DNA of 64,000 nt from Eledone cirrhosa (lineage: Eukaryota): positions 124,930,001 to 124,994,000 of the forward strand of contig OZ024741.1 in the NCBI GenBank assembly GCA_964016885.1. Direction: 5' to 3'. Below the pieces are notes generated by a model. It worked only from the letters and a program-made list of their open reading frames with translations, searched no databases and was not told the origin of the DNA. Shown here piece by piece: positions 29,095-41,139 of this stretch. The position numbers and the translations under genes are program-made. The first letter of the stretch is position 1, and each line of letters starts with the position of its first letter.

Positions 29095-29750
29095 TGGTAA
29101 CACAACAGTTAGTTCACCATAACGAGAACAATTGTTTCACCTTAGCGGATCTTCAGCTGGTACTGGTCATGGTTATACGGAACAGGAAGAACAACCCTAT
29201 GAACGCGCATGCGCAGAAACGGTCACTTCACCCAAGTGATACAAAGCCACGGGCGAAAGGTGAAAGGGAGATAACTGCAAAAGTCGGAAAAGATCTTCGA
29301 GTTGATGAGAAAATTAGAATGTTGTTGTAATTCAATCTAGAGCTTTGTAGTTATTCAAGAGGTGTTTCCAGACATGTGGACAACGTGAGAAGATTTCATT
29401 TCTTGAATTTAAGCAATCGCTATTGCGTAATCTCCTTAGAATATTTATCCTTTCTTCAATACACAGTCCACAAGACGGATTGCCCCTAGCGTATGGCTTG
29501 GACTTTCCATTGAATGGGGTAGTTTATACCTGAGTCCTTGAGGGACCATACGAGGCTGGCGAGTTTCGGGGTTGATCGTTTGTCCGGGTACATAACGGTC
29601 GACTGATGGTTCAGGAAACGTACCTTAAATCGGCCCTCTGCCATACCCACTTAAGGAACGCTTCCTGAACCACCAGTCGACCTTTAGATACCCGGACAAA
29701 CGTGTATTGAAGAAAGGATAAATATTCTAAGGAGATTACGCAGTAGCGAT
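29094..29750 (-). mobile_element. PLE 3' fragment (GIY-YIG C-terminus + UTR + HHR) with an inverted, internally deleted copy at 29651-29750
   Basis: manual minus-strand translation: VGMAEGRFKVRFLNHQST..LASLVWSLKD..IQW / KPY..SCGLCIEERINIL..CLNSRNEIFSRCPH; not in the ORF track. Confidence 0.85.
29122..29161 (-). ncRNA. Minimal type I hammerhead, canonical core
   Basis: accag-CTGAAGA-tccgctaaggt-GAAA-caattg-TT-ctcgt; palindromic helix III. Confidence 0.75.
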
Positions 29751-30572
29751 ACGTCGACATTTATACAATGCTGGACAAGAGAAACTCTCTGAGGTTAATG
29801 ACCAGTATCCCTTTTGGTACAGCATGTTATCCCTCAACCCTCCATAGATGTAAACATGGAAAGTAACATGGGAACTGTGCGATTTCAGCAAACGAGTCAT
29901 CTATTGGCCAATGGCGACAAGCACTCAATTCTGGGCAATCCTAATGTTGAATTATTGGATATTTAGTGTAAGTTTCAAACTGATAATGCAGTCGTGAATA
30001 TTTCAAGGATAAACTAAAATGGCTGTTTTAGTTAAGTGCTGTTTGCAAGGTTTATCAGATTAAAGATAAATCAGAATATCAACAGTAAGCCGAGCTATCG
30101 CAGTTAACATACTCGAATGATCCGTTACGTAACGACAAACATCAAGTTTAACGAGGATAGTAGAGCTGAATGTATTGCTTGTATAAACAACACTCACAAA
30201 TTCTGGTAATTTGTCAGTTCGATATGATATTCACCCGGCTATTATCTTCTACTACGGGAATGACAACGTGAAAATAAAAGAAAATAATCCTAGTCAAACG
30301 GCCAAATTTAATTCAGATGCTTAGCCTTTATCGCAAATTTGTCAATGCTAGATTAACAATTCCTATAAAATGTTGGGATCCATGTTTAATAACAGTACAG
30401 TTTCCCTAACAAATAGTCAACTCAGGCACGTACATCATAGCAATTGCAATAGAAATGCATATGTAGGTATTCTTATATTCTTTAGCAGGCTTCGGCCATT
30501 TACCTACGGGGATGATGAGATTTAGTAGATCGTTTGACACCAGTAATTACTGCTTACTTATCTCTATCTCTA

Positions 30573-30627
<55 letters not shown>

Positions 30628-30773
30628 GGGTGTGTATGATTGTGTATAGAAGATTATATTAATAAAAGGAATTCCAACTTTGTCTGATTTACTCGTTTTA
30701 TTTACAATCTTTTAAAATTTATAATGGTATTAGAATGAATAGTATGGTAGACTATTAAATGTTAAGTGTTAAT

Positions 30774-30812
30774 TGAACAAGTACTTTCATGCTTTCGCAA
30801 TCTTCTGGTTCA
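30774..30812 (-). ncRNA. Identical mirror copy of the minimal CAGAAGA hammerhead
   Basis: exact reverse complement of 30895-30933. Confidence 0.8.
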
Positions 30813-30894
30813 TATTCTGTGGTGACAGTCAAATTAGCAATTTTCAACTGTGAAAACAGTTGAAAATTGCAAACTTGACTGTCACCACAGAATA

Positions 30895-30933
30895 TGAACC
30901 AGAAGATTGCGAAAGCATGAAAGTACTTGTTCA
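30895..30933 (+). ncRNA. Minimal type I hammerhead, CAGAAGA core
   Basis: tgaac-CAGAAGA-t-tgc(gaaa)gca-t-GAAA-gtac-TT-gttca; GNRA-capped helix II, palindromic helix III agtact. Confidence 0.8.
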
Positions 30934-31079
30934 ATTAACACTTAACATTTAATAGTCTACCATACTATTCATTCTAATACCATTATAAATTTTAAAAGAT
31001 TGTAAATAAAACGAGTAAATCAGACAAAGTTGGAATTCCTTTTATTAATATAATCTTCTATACACAATCATACACACCC

Positions 31080-31206
<127 letters not shown>

Positions 31207-33221
31207 GTATGTGTGTCAGGAGGTCAAGGAAAAGGAAGACCACCAAACACGCATAAAGATGATAAAAGAAATGACGACTAAAGTTTTGTCGCGGGGGATA
31301 GAGAGGATAAAAACCGAGAAGTTTACCGTGGGACTACACAAGCCTAAACTTATATTTAACAAGGAAATGGCGTGCTGTGACCTTTTTAACATAAGAAATT
31401 CTTCTATCCCTTCTAATAAACAGTTTTAAACTGACTTTGGTAGATGATATGACTAACTACATGCCTGTCGCTGATTACTGATCACTGAACCCTTAGCTCT
31501 TATTGGTGTCGTCTTATCTTAAGTATTTGGATTTGACTACAGAGGTTTTCTTCGAAAGTGTAAAAAGATATTTCAAGTAGAGACAAATTATCACAGTATT
31601 GGACTGGTATTTTATTTTTCGAATCGGAAAGCCTGACACTTCCATCACCACCCTTCTGATTTCAACTCAGAACACAGAGAGCTAGAATGAATAACTCTAA
31701 GCATTCTGTGCGACAACCAGGTGATTCTGTTAATACCGGCCTACGTATCTGCTGGCAAAAATAAGCTCAAAACCCGATTGCTGAAATTGCTTGGATACGG
31801 CTTTTAAAAATATTTGCTGTTATAACCTTTGTGGTTTATGCATATGAATGCATGGTCCGTAATTTTTTTAAAACCTGGTGGAGCTTATTTCCTCACCAGG
31901 ATTGAATACAGTAGATTTCTTCCACAGAAGGAAGTGAGAAAGATATATAGAGGAAGAATCGACCCCACTACTTGTCTCGTACTTTTTTTCGATCACGAAG
32001 GGATGGAAAGCAAAGTTAACGTTGGTAGAAAGCCGAAACACTCCTCCCGAAGTTATAACGACTCTGCCTACATGTCTGCTAGCAAAAATAATATCAAAAA
32101 CACAATCCCTGAAATTTTTTGTGACTGGGCTTTGAAAATATTTGCTGTTATAACCTCAGTGTGGTTTATGCATATAAATATATTTAAACATTATAGATGC
32201 ATCCACACACTAAAATACGTTACCACTCCCGAATAAACTGGTCGTGAAGAAAGCTGCTTTTGCGTAAGATATGAAATGTCAACTGAAATAAATAATGTAT
32301 TTTTGAGTGATATCACGCTGTACTGGATATGGATTACGAGCGGTATATGGAATTTTATGAAAATCGATAATATCATAGCATTTGCTAACGGCTACATATA
32401 TCGAATGATGTGTACAGACATATCATTCAGTTTGAATAGTTAAACACATCGTGCACAATACTTAAATCCACTGAATAGTTTAATTCCATTCTATATATAA
32501 AATATTTATCAAACGGCGTTTATCAAAATATAGCATTTATTTATCATTCACAAATTGAATCTAGTAGTTTCATGAGAAACTATGATGGATATGCTGCTAC
32601 TTTGTTGAGGGGGGAATCAATTAAACAATGATCAACGAGGAATCAATAATCTCAATATGCTGTAGGTTTGAATCGTATCAATGAAACTAACCAGGATTAT
32701 TGAATTCCAAAAGTGACCGCTGCCAATATTTATAGAATTGGCCATAGCTGTGGTTGGGTTTGTTTTAGTAAGACCAATACAATACATGATATGGGAAAAT
32801 TAGTCCATTATTCAATTCCTACAGCTCATATATATGCAGATTTAGCTGGCTGTCCATGTGGTTGCATCTTATATGAGGTTTCTCAGATGTTTCATAATTG
32901 ATGAGACCCACAGAACTATCATGAAAAACAACATAAAATTGTTTTCCTTAACAGCACAACACGCCGCGCAGTCCAGTAACAGAACTTACGACCTTACAAC
33001 TGTGAGACCAGTAACCTAACAATTAGACCAACCAACTTCATTTAATCTCTACGGTAAAGGTAATAAAGTTAATAGTATGAATATTAAAATCAGAAAACAC
33101 ACATAAGGAACGAGCTTAATAGTAGAATTTTACTAATTAATATCGCGTAAACACGCTGCGGTAAAATTAGATTTCTAAAATTTTGCCGCAATCTTATAAG
33201 TGAAGCTTGTAAGATAATGAG

Positions 33222-33434
33222 TTCTACTATAGGCACATGGTCAGCAATTTGGGGAGAGGGGAAAGTCGATTAAATCGACACCAGTGCATTACTGGTGCTT
33301 TATTTTATCAACCCTGTAAGGATAAAAGACAAATTTAACCTCAGCGGGAGTTGAACACAGAACGTAAAGGGTCGTAACTCTATGCTGCAAAGTATAGTGT
33401 CTGACACTCTACCGATACTGCCAAAACACCGCCC
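33222..33434 (-). mobile_element. SINE family 1, longer variant
   Basis: same core plus ggggagaggggaaagtcgattaaatcgac insert. Confidence 0.8.
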
Positions 33435-34894
33435 TAAGCAAGTAAAATAATAAAAAGAATAAAAAGCCACTTCAATGTGACAAAAGCTGCATTTTCGCAA
33501 CACATGTAGCATTTCAAAAATTGCATAATTTCTACATGAATCCCTATCAAGAGGTTACCATGCAACGAAGCTCTGATCAGATGTTATAAATTTCGACCTT
33601 ACAAAGTCAGCGAGGCCGAGATGTTGGAAGGTAAGTTGAAAATTTCCTTGGCAACGATTGCGTCTGGTAAAGAATGTACAAACATTGCATTGACATCCTA
33701 ACAGTGCTGATGTATCTGTTGAAATAGGTGTTGAAGCAAAGGAATCGCAATACAAGACGGGTATTTTTACAGAAGCCTTTCAAATTCTCATGGAGTAGAA
33801 GACATAATCAATTGATTGCGTGGTATTGTGTCCTTCCTCAATGTAGAGGGTGAGAGTTTTGGTGAAGTACTGGTAAGAATAATATCAGTATTTCTTGATC
33901 TGAATCGTCTCATTTATATTTTAATTTATAGATACAGGGTTCGTGGACTTCCAGACCGATTTAAGCATACTAGGTTAACTTATAGCTAGATTCAGCTTGC
34001 TAAAAGTGAATAACTGGCTTGATTTGTTAAACCCATATGAATATATACCACTGGAGCTTATACATATTTAGTCAATAAATGTTGCAAACCAGGTTGTTTG
34101 AAATAACATTTTGTGTTGAAACTAGTTCACTACCAATTGATAGATTCAGGCTATCGATGTTAGGATTTCATTACCATCCACCGCTACATTTTGCTGGAGG
34201 TAGGGCGTTCGTATTGTGGGGTGTTAGAAAATATTCCCACGGAATGAATATCTTAAAATAATATACACTATCTCCGCTGCAAGTTTTATGGATGATAACA
34301 CCACTGTATTAGAACAAAGGATGATATTTTATGTTCCAGTTTCAAACTGAGTAGAACACTTTACTGGTCCATGTGGAAGAACCGTTCCAGGACAGGTAGC
34401 TCCATACCAAATCCATCAAAGTTACATACTGTGTAGCGTACTGAATGAGATGAAGGGAGTTTACTTTAAAATGTTGGTAGAGCAGATGTCTGTGGCTACA
34501 GAGCAGTCTATTAGAAGTCATAGCTGTCTCTACACATCATAATGTTAAAATTAACTACGATAGGAAATGACTTTCACTTAACAGTGTAAAATATATTGAA
34601 TATTAAATACAACTCACGACTGTCTCTCCAGCTAGAAAATTGACGGAATGGGGAAAAGGGTGATTTTAATAGTAATTGAGTAATCATTTGTTTATTCGTG
34701 TTACAGCCTGCGAACATAATACAGCAGCAGCGTAGTCAACAACTTGAGAAGATAGTTATTAATGGAAATGCAAACACTCGCATGTACAATTAAGGATGTG
34801 TGTATGTATTCAGACGTTTTGGGTTGTACCGTCATATCGTTGAACCCGAAGCCAAACAGTTTCTCTTACGGTAATATCACCATATGAGACAAGC

Positions 34895-35483
34895 TACGTG
34901 CATATATATATGTGTGCATGTATGTATATATACATACTACTGTACGTCTGTATATATATATGTATGTACGTATACATACATACTTACATTTAAGTAAGTG
35001 CCGTACTAAGAGTGAGAAATGAAATTTCGTTTCATTCTATTCCATTTATCGTTTTCGGTGTGCCCGGCCGACTGAACTCACTCGATATGCAAATTAGGCT
35101 GCTCAGCCGTTAATATGCATAAGGCAAGTATATACTTTCAGACGTTCAACCATCTGGCAGGAAGGTATACGATGCTGACGATAGCTAATAAGCTTGAAAC
35201 TAGTACATCGTTCCTGTGTCAGTGTTGAACAAAAAGGTGACGTGGTTGCCTAAACACTGTACGGCGTAATTCGGGCCGTTTGTTTGTTTACAAACAAACA
35301 AACCGAGCATTATAATAAATGTTCAGTAAACCGATACGTGCATATATATATATACATACTACTGTACGTCTGTATACATATATGTATGTACGTATACATA
35401 TATATATATATATATGTATACGTACATACATATATGTATACAGACGTACAGTAGTATGTATATATATACATACATGCACGTAT
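34895..35483 (+). mobile_element. Non-coding ~420-bp HHR-bearing unit with direct terminal repeat and a terminal 150-bp palindrome (35334-35483)
   Basis: tacatactactgtacgtctgtata at 34931 and 35353, inverted again at ~35436-35460. Confidence 0.65.
35169..35211 (+). ncRNA. Minimal type I hammerhead, fully canonical
   Basis: acgatg-CTGACGA-t-agc(taataa)gct-t-GAAA-ctag-TA-catcgt; 6-bp helix I, palindromic helix III, GUA site. Confidence 0.9.
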
Positions 35484-35494
35484 TGGTGTATGTC

Positions 35495-36093
35495 AGGTCA
35501 CCAGTTGGTGCTACTGGTAACATGTATTCCAGTACAACCTGTCTCATGGTCGGGTCGTTGGCGACTAAACTGGCAACCCCACCAAGGTTTCTTGGTGAGG
35601 GTGACTTTGGACATCCTGCAGGACTAAAAACAAAACCTGTCAACGGGCAAATAAGCTCTTAAGAGTCAATGGCCATCAAAAATCACCGGGAGAGATGACC
35701 CCTTAGCCTTTGTAAAGGCAGAATTCTAGGAGAAGGGAAACTCTGATATAACACCTGCAACCCTGATGGTATCCAATGATGTTGACTTGTTCTTCTTTTT
35801 GGTAAATATCATCTTGGTTAAGAGAGTGGGACTGGCTTTGTGCAGTGCCTTTGCTCACTATAAAAGCTTCACGGCACAGGCATTGCTTTATATCTGGAGA
35901 TCTCTCTGCACTTGTCGTCACATGGTACCATGTGCCCAGCACTATGTGTCAATCATTGTCACCAGTGTAGTGTTTGTACCAGAGTTTTCAAGTCGCTGGC
36001 TGGACTAAAAATCACACTCGTTCAGCGCATCGGTAAGGGTTCTCCTACATGGATATAAAGTAGTGGCCGTACTCGAAAACGAGTTGGCAGCCA

Positions 36094-36095
<2 letters not shown>
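35495..36095 (+). mobile_element. Non-coding interspersed repeat (possibly non-autonomous RTE-type), homolog of 11790-12226
   Basis: shared blocks as above; ORF track shows GFVF.PAGCPKSPS in both. Confidence 0.55.
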
Positions 36096-36137
<42 letters not shown>

Positions 36138-37942
36138 TTATGTACACTCTACTAATGTATTGAGTATCTTACAAACTATGGTTACCCCGATTGAACCCGG
36201 GACACACACACACGCATATATATATATATATACCCGGCGCATCAAACAGTAGCCAACGACCATGATCAGCGGCGGCTTTTTCGCGTCCGTGCTAAGTTAC
36301 GTTGACTGCTATCCGGTCTTTTTGGAACGTTCGTCGGCAGGTGATCCTAGGGCCACCCAGCTTCCCTTTGCCGCCAGGTGGAGTCCAGTTCGTCGCCGTT
36401 TCGTGTGTCGTTCGTTGAGCAGGTGCAGAATATGGCCAGTAAGGTGGCACCGGCGCTCCGTGGCCACCCTCTGCAAGCGTCAACGACTCGCCATTCCGCA
36501 GGATTTCCTCGTTTTGCACAGAGAAACGTGTGGTTAAAACAAGGGTTTATAGCAAAGAAAAAAAAGGACAGGTGGTTGGCAAAAATCTATGCACAAAATA
36601 TGTACAATGCGTGCACAATAGGAATAACTAGGTTGAATATTAAAAGAAGGGATCTAACGTTTTAGATTAGGTACGATACCGAATCGAATATATGTGGTTG
36701 GAATAGTTACATACTGTGTAATATATATATGTATGTGTGTGTATTTCTTTATATGTACGCAGACATGTGTATTTATATGTGCGCAGACTAGTATGCGTAT
36801 GTGTGTGTACGTGTGTGTATCACTGCGCATATTATGTTGAATTTTAATTTTATAAAATTCAAACACCGATAATGTTTGAATTGTGTTATTGTGAATTCCT
36901 GAACCTCAGCTGATATTTAGTTATATTCTTTGTTATTTGTACTTCTACACCCCTATTAGCGTTGTTATTCAAACACAATTTGTAGCGTTATTAATAATAA
37001 ACTCTATTCTTTTATTTTCTATAGAAAGAAAGGATAAAATTTTATATAAAACTATTGATTCTCAATTATATTGTGAAATATATATTTATTGTCAATTATT
37101 TGTCTGTGTTTACAGCATTCTTTCACAGGCGATTCTGTTCGAGTTAGCTGAAATAAATTTTCAGAAATGAAGCATACTTTATATTTAATCTTATAATTGA
37201 ATTATTGATTATTGTGAAAATTTAAAATCGGATATATTTCACACGTATCGATCAATTGGACAGATGTCAAAATGTAACTTCATTTCAACAGTTATTTACT
37301 GATCGTTTGAACTCAAGTTTCTTTTTAACCGTAATAGTTGTACATATAGCTATAGCTGAATTCGTCAATTATACACAAACATACGTATTATGTTAACTCC
37401 GTATCTATCCATACATCAGGCTTATAAATCGACTTGTTTCAAGACTAAATCCATACACTATTTACGAAATTTCATTTATTGGAGATAATCCTGTTGGTTT
37501 TGTGGACGATATAACCCTTTTTTTAATTTTAAAGGAAGTAGTCAATCCAGAGCGATTCGACTTCCGACCCGATCGCCGGTGCCAAACGCATCGCTTCTGC
37601 TACAAACGCAAATACGGTTGTTCGTAAGGCAGAGATGCAGAAGATAACTAAACAGAGAGATTTGACTGACACTCTCCTCTCTGTGGCGGTTGCCATCAAG
37701 ATCTCCTTTCTCCTTACTCTCCGTATTGCCGTTTACCTCCACAAAATAAAGATAAGGTCATCACGCCTGAGGAAATTGCCTTCCTGAGATGGAATGGCTG
37801 GTGATATAGCTAGGTGTTTTTCGCTGTAAAGCTTCAGCCATCATGTCCTAGAGGCGTAGCTGAGATATGCCGCAGAATATTACGCTACGCACTGCCCATT
37901 TCGTTCCTCTTATATATATTTTTTCCTTTTCCCCACTCTCAC

Positions 37943-38024
<82 letters not shown>

Positions 38025-38412
38025 TTCTCTCAGTTTGTAAATGCAATTGAATTCGGTATCCAAACAAAAATATGAATTGGATTGAATTTACAAACTATAT
38101 ACAACCATACATATTATGTTAACTCGTGCTTATAGATCCACTTCACTCCGAACTACATCCTTTTCGCGAAGGTTCATGTTTGATGGTATGTAAATGTATG
38201 TGAAATTCAATTATATTGCATTTCTTATAGCACTAACGATGGTATATAATATATACAATTTTCACGTAAATCGTGCTCCGATTTACGTGGAAATTGTTTT
38301 GTTCCATTTTTATTGCCATTTCAGGGGCAACTTTCTTTCAAATTATTTTCCCATTATGCGCCGTTTTGGGTGTATTAAATTACAGACAAGCACACAATCA
38401 TAAATATGTAGT

Positions 38413-38505
<93 letters not shown>

Positions 38506-39997
38506 TTGTGTGTGTGTGTGTGTGTGTGTGTATGAAAAAGTCCACTGACAAAGAATTGGTCATCTCGGAGTTTTAGGGGAAGACAACATACGTAATAGAC
38601 TTGAATAGACATGAATACAAATATTCCGGAATCGATATTATAGGTAATATCAAGTTGGTACCCCTAATCTACTGATTGAAGGAAGTAAAATGATAAAAGG
38701 AGTCTTATATGAACAGGCACTGCTGTACATAGGAACAAACAGGTCTGTGAATATGTGCTGATATCGCGATACCTTGGTTTTGTAACGACTTGGCGGGTAT
38801 TTCTTATTCTTGATATTTGAAATGATTATATTTTGTCTGGTTGAAAACTACTGTCTTCGTGGAAGGATTTGCTCAATCTATCTGTTAATGGAAGCAGTGG
38901 ATGCCAAATGAGAGATCTTCAGGACGCGTGTATTATTTTTGTGTCTATTATCCGGTGCAGAATGGTGTACATATCATAGCAACTATTATTTGTTTAAAAA
39001 GTCACATTTTGAATGTGTTTTAAAATTAATTTCTGATAATCAAGACACGTTTAAACGTCAATTTTTACTTTGTACTGTAATTTTAAAAGTCCCTAAAAGG
39101 CAGGTGTAATGGTGTGGATTAATGGGTTTCAGAGGCTAAATTTCATAAAATTGAAACAAAAATTACATGGCTGGACAAATAATTATCAGAATTATTCATG
39201 ACTTGAAAATTTGTTACAATAATATAACGCAAAATAAACTTAAATGAAAAAAATTTATTGAGGTGGAAATCAATTCATGACATCCTAATTAATCACCATG
39301 CCTAGAATAAATCACTTGGCATGCATTCATGAGTAGCTGATTATGAGAGATTATGATATTATAACTACTACCATGATTACAGAAAGATTATACTTTAACA
39401 TGGGGTTTAAGACAATTTTCCTTTGAAGGCAAATTTCCATTTTCCAGGAGCTAGTCTTTGCAAGCCGTTTTGAGCCAGCATTTTACGGCCTGATGACCGT
39501 TCTTGTGCCAACAACACGCAGGAAAATGTTGCATCTCTTCCTACGCAGATAAGCGAAGTAGAGGAGAATATCATTAAGAAATGGGGATAAATCCCTAATT
39601 TGGGACGCGACGCGCAGTGACGCGTTCTACGCCTCAAACATTGTCGTTTCGTCCACAAACGCGAGAGAAAGATAGTCAAATACCCGTTCCTCTTAGCACC
39701 GATTCCAAGATCTTGTGATTAGAAAGCGAATTTCTTACAACAACGTGAATGGCGTAAGAAGTAAATTGTGTGTATATGTGCTCGTTTATGTAAGTGTTAA
39801 AATTACAGACACACACACACATTCACACACACATATATACATACACATATATATAATAATAACGGACCCAGCATATTTATCAATGCCAGTACCGGTTGTA
39901 TCTCAGCGAACTCAATGGGCAATGTAAGATACATTACCAGAGTATACACATAGTTATTTGCCTCAACACAACACACGTAAAACGGGTGCCTATAAGG

Positions 39998-40111
39998 TAC
40001 TCGGACTCGAGTTTCTGCCGCACTATTGCAGCAGTAAGGTGCACTGCACAATATGTCTGCATATATTATGCAACAATGCACAATCGGCTTATGCGGCTTC
40101 ATCAGAGGGTA
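39998..40111 (-). ncRNA. Type I hammerhead, canonical core, ~85-nt extended helix II domain
   Basis: minus: taccct-CTGATGA-a-gccgca...tgcggc-a-GAAA-ctcgag-TC-cgagta; helix I has two mismatches. Confidence 0.7.
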
Positions 40112-40503
40112 TTGCCTAATCAATACCCAATCGATCGACAGAATCCAAACACCAGCCCATGCCGGTCATGACTGTTTGTGACAACCGACACGGTAAAGCG
40201 ACTAGCAACTGACACCCGATAGGACTCTATCTCTCAACTAGTCACTGATTTACAAATTTTACGTGGGGACGGGAAGCTAAAAAGAATCAATCTATTAGTT
40301 CCTGTCAGAAGCCTCAGCCAACGTGTCTCACACACAAATTATCAAGGGGTGAAAAGATGGCTATTAGAAATAGCAGTTCACATTGATATAAAATAGAATG
40401 GTAGCATTCGGTTCATGTCTCCAAGTCCCATGGCTAGAGGAAAGCGATGGTAACAATGGTAGTGCCAAGAACCTTTAACGGGCTTTTATATATATATATA
40501 TAC

Positions 40504-41105
40504 AAATATATGAAAAAATGGCGTGCTGCGTGGTTGCAAATGGATTACATATGAATAAAATTAGTCCTTCATCAGTGATCTTCCAACCTTCATTGGTATT
40601 TCATCGCTTTAAAGATCATATACCTCTGGTTGGTGCGAGCAACGGCTAAAGAAAGTCGTTGGGACACGTAAAATAGGGTGAAACGAGCGAAACATGTAAA
40701 CAAACAAAGACGGTAATGAAACGAAAAGTGAGGAAGAAGGAGTCAAGTCCCTGAAATTGATGAACTTAAGTTCTGTGAAATCGTAGACGAGAGATAAAGA
40801 CCATCCAACCTGGGTGAAATGTGAGCGAGAAAAGGATTCCACACAGGTCAAACGGGAGGAAGTGAGGGAGGGGTAGTAGCAGAGAGTGAGTGAGTGAAAG
40901 TGTGAGGAAGAGGCTAACTGAGAGAGTGACTGGCAGAGGTGGTAAAAAGAAAGTGAGAGATACAGAGAAAGGGGAAGCAGTAAGAAAGAAACAGACGGGT
41001 CATAGCGGAGGAAAATATATAAATATATGAAAAATGGCATGCTGCGTGGTTACAAATGGGTTACATATGAATAAAATTAGTCCTTCATCAGTGATCTTCC
41101 AGCCT
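40504..41105. repeat. ~85-bp direct repeats (~40504-40588, ~41021-41105) flanking a purine-rich spacer
   Basis: aaatggc.tgctgcgtggtt.caaatgg.ttacatatgaataaaattagtccttcatcagtgatcttcca twice. Confidence 0.85.
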
Positions 41106-41139
41106 TAGAGATCTTCCAGATTAGAGCACTCGACGAAGT

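Noticed and set aside
39407-39679. 90-aa Cys/Arg-containing ORF as a transposase C-terminal domain
   Set aside because: Cys spacing does not match a motif I can identify; no TIRs seen
40520-40640. CTGATGA and GAAA on the minus strand in the direct-repeat element
   Set aside because: Could not assemble helices I and III or a UH site
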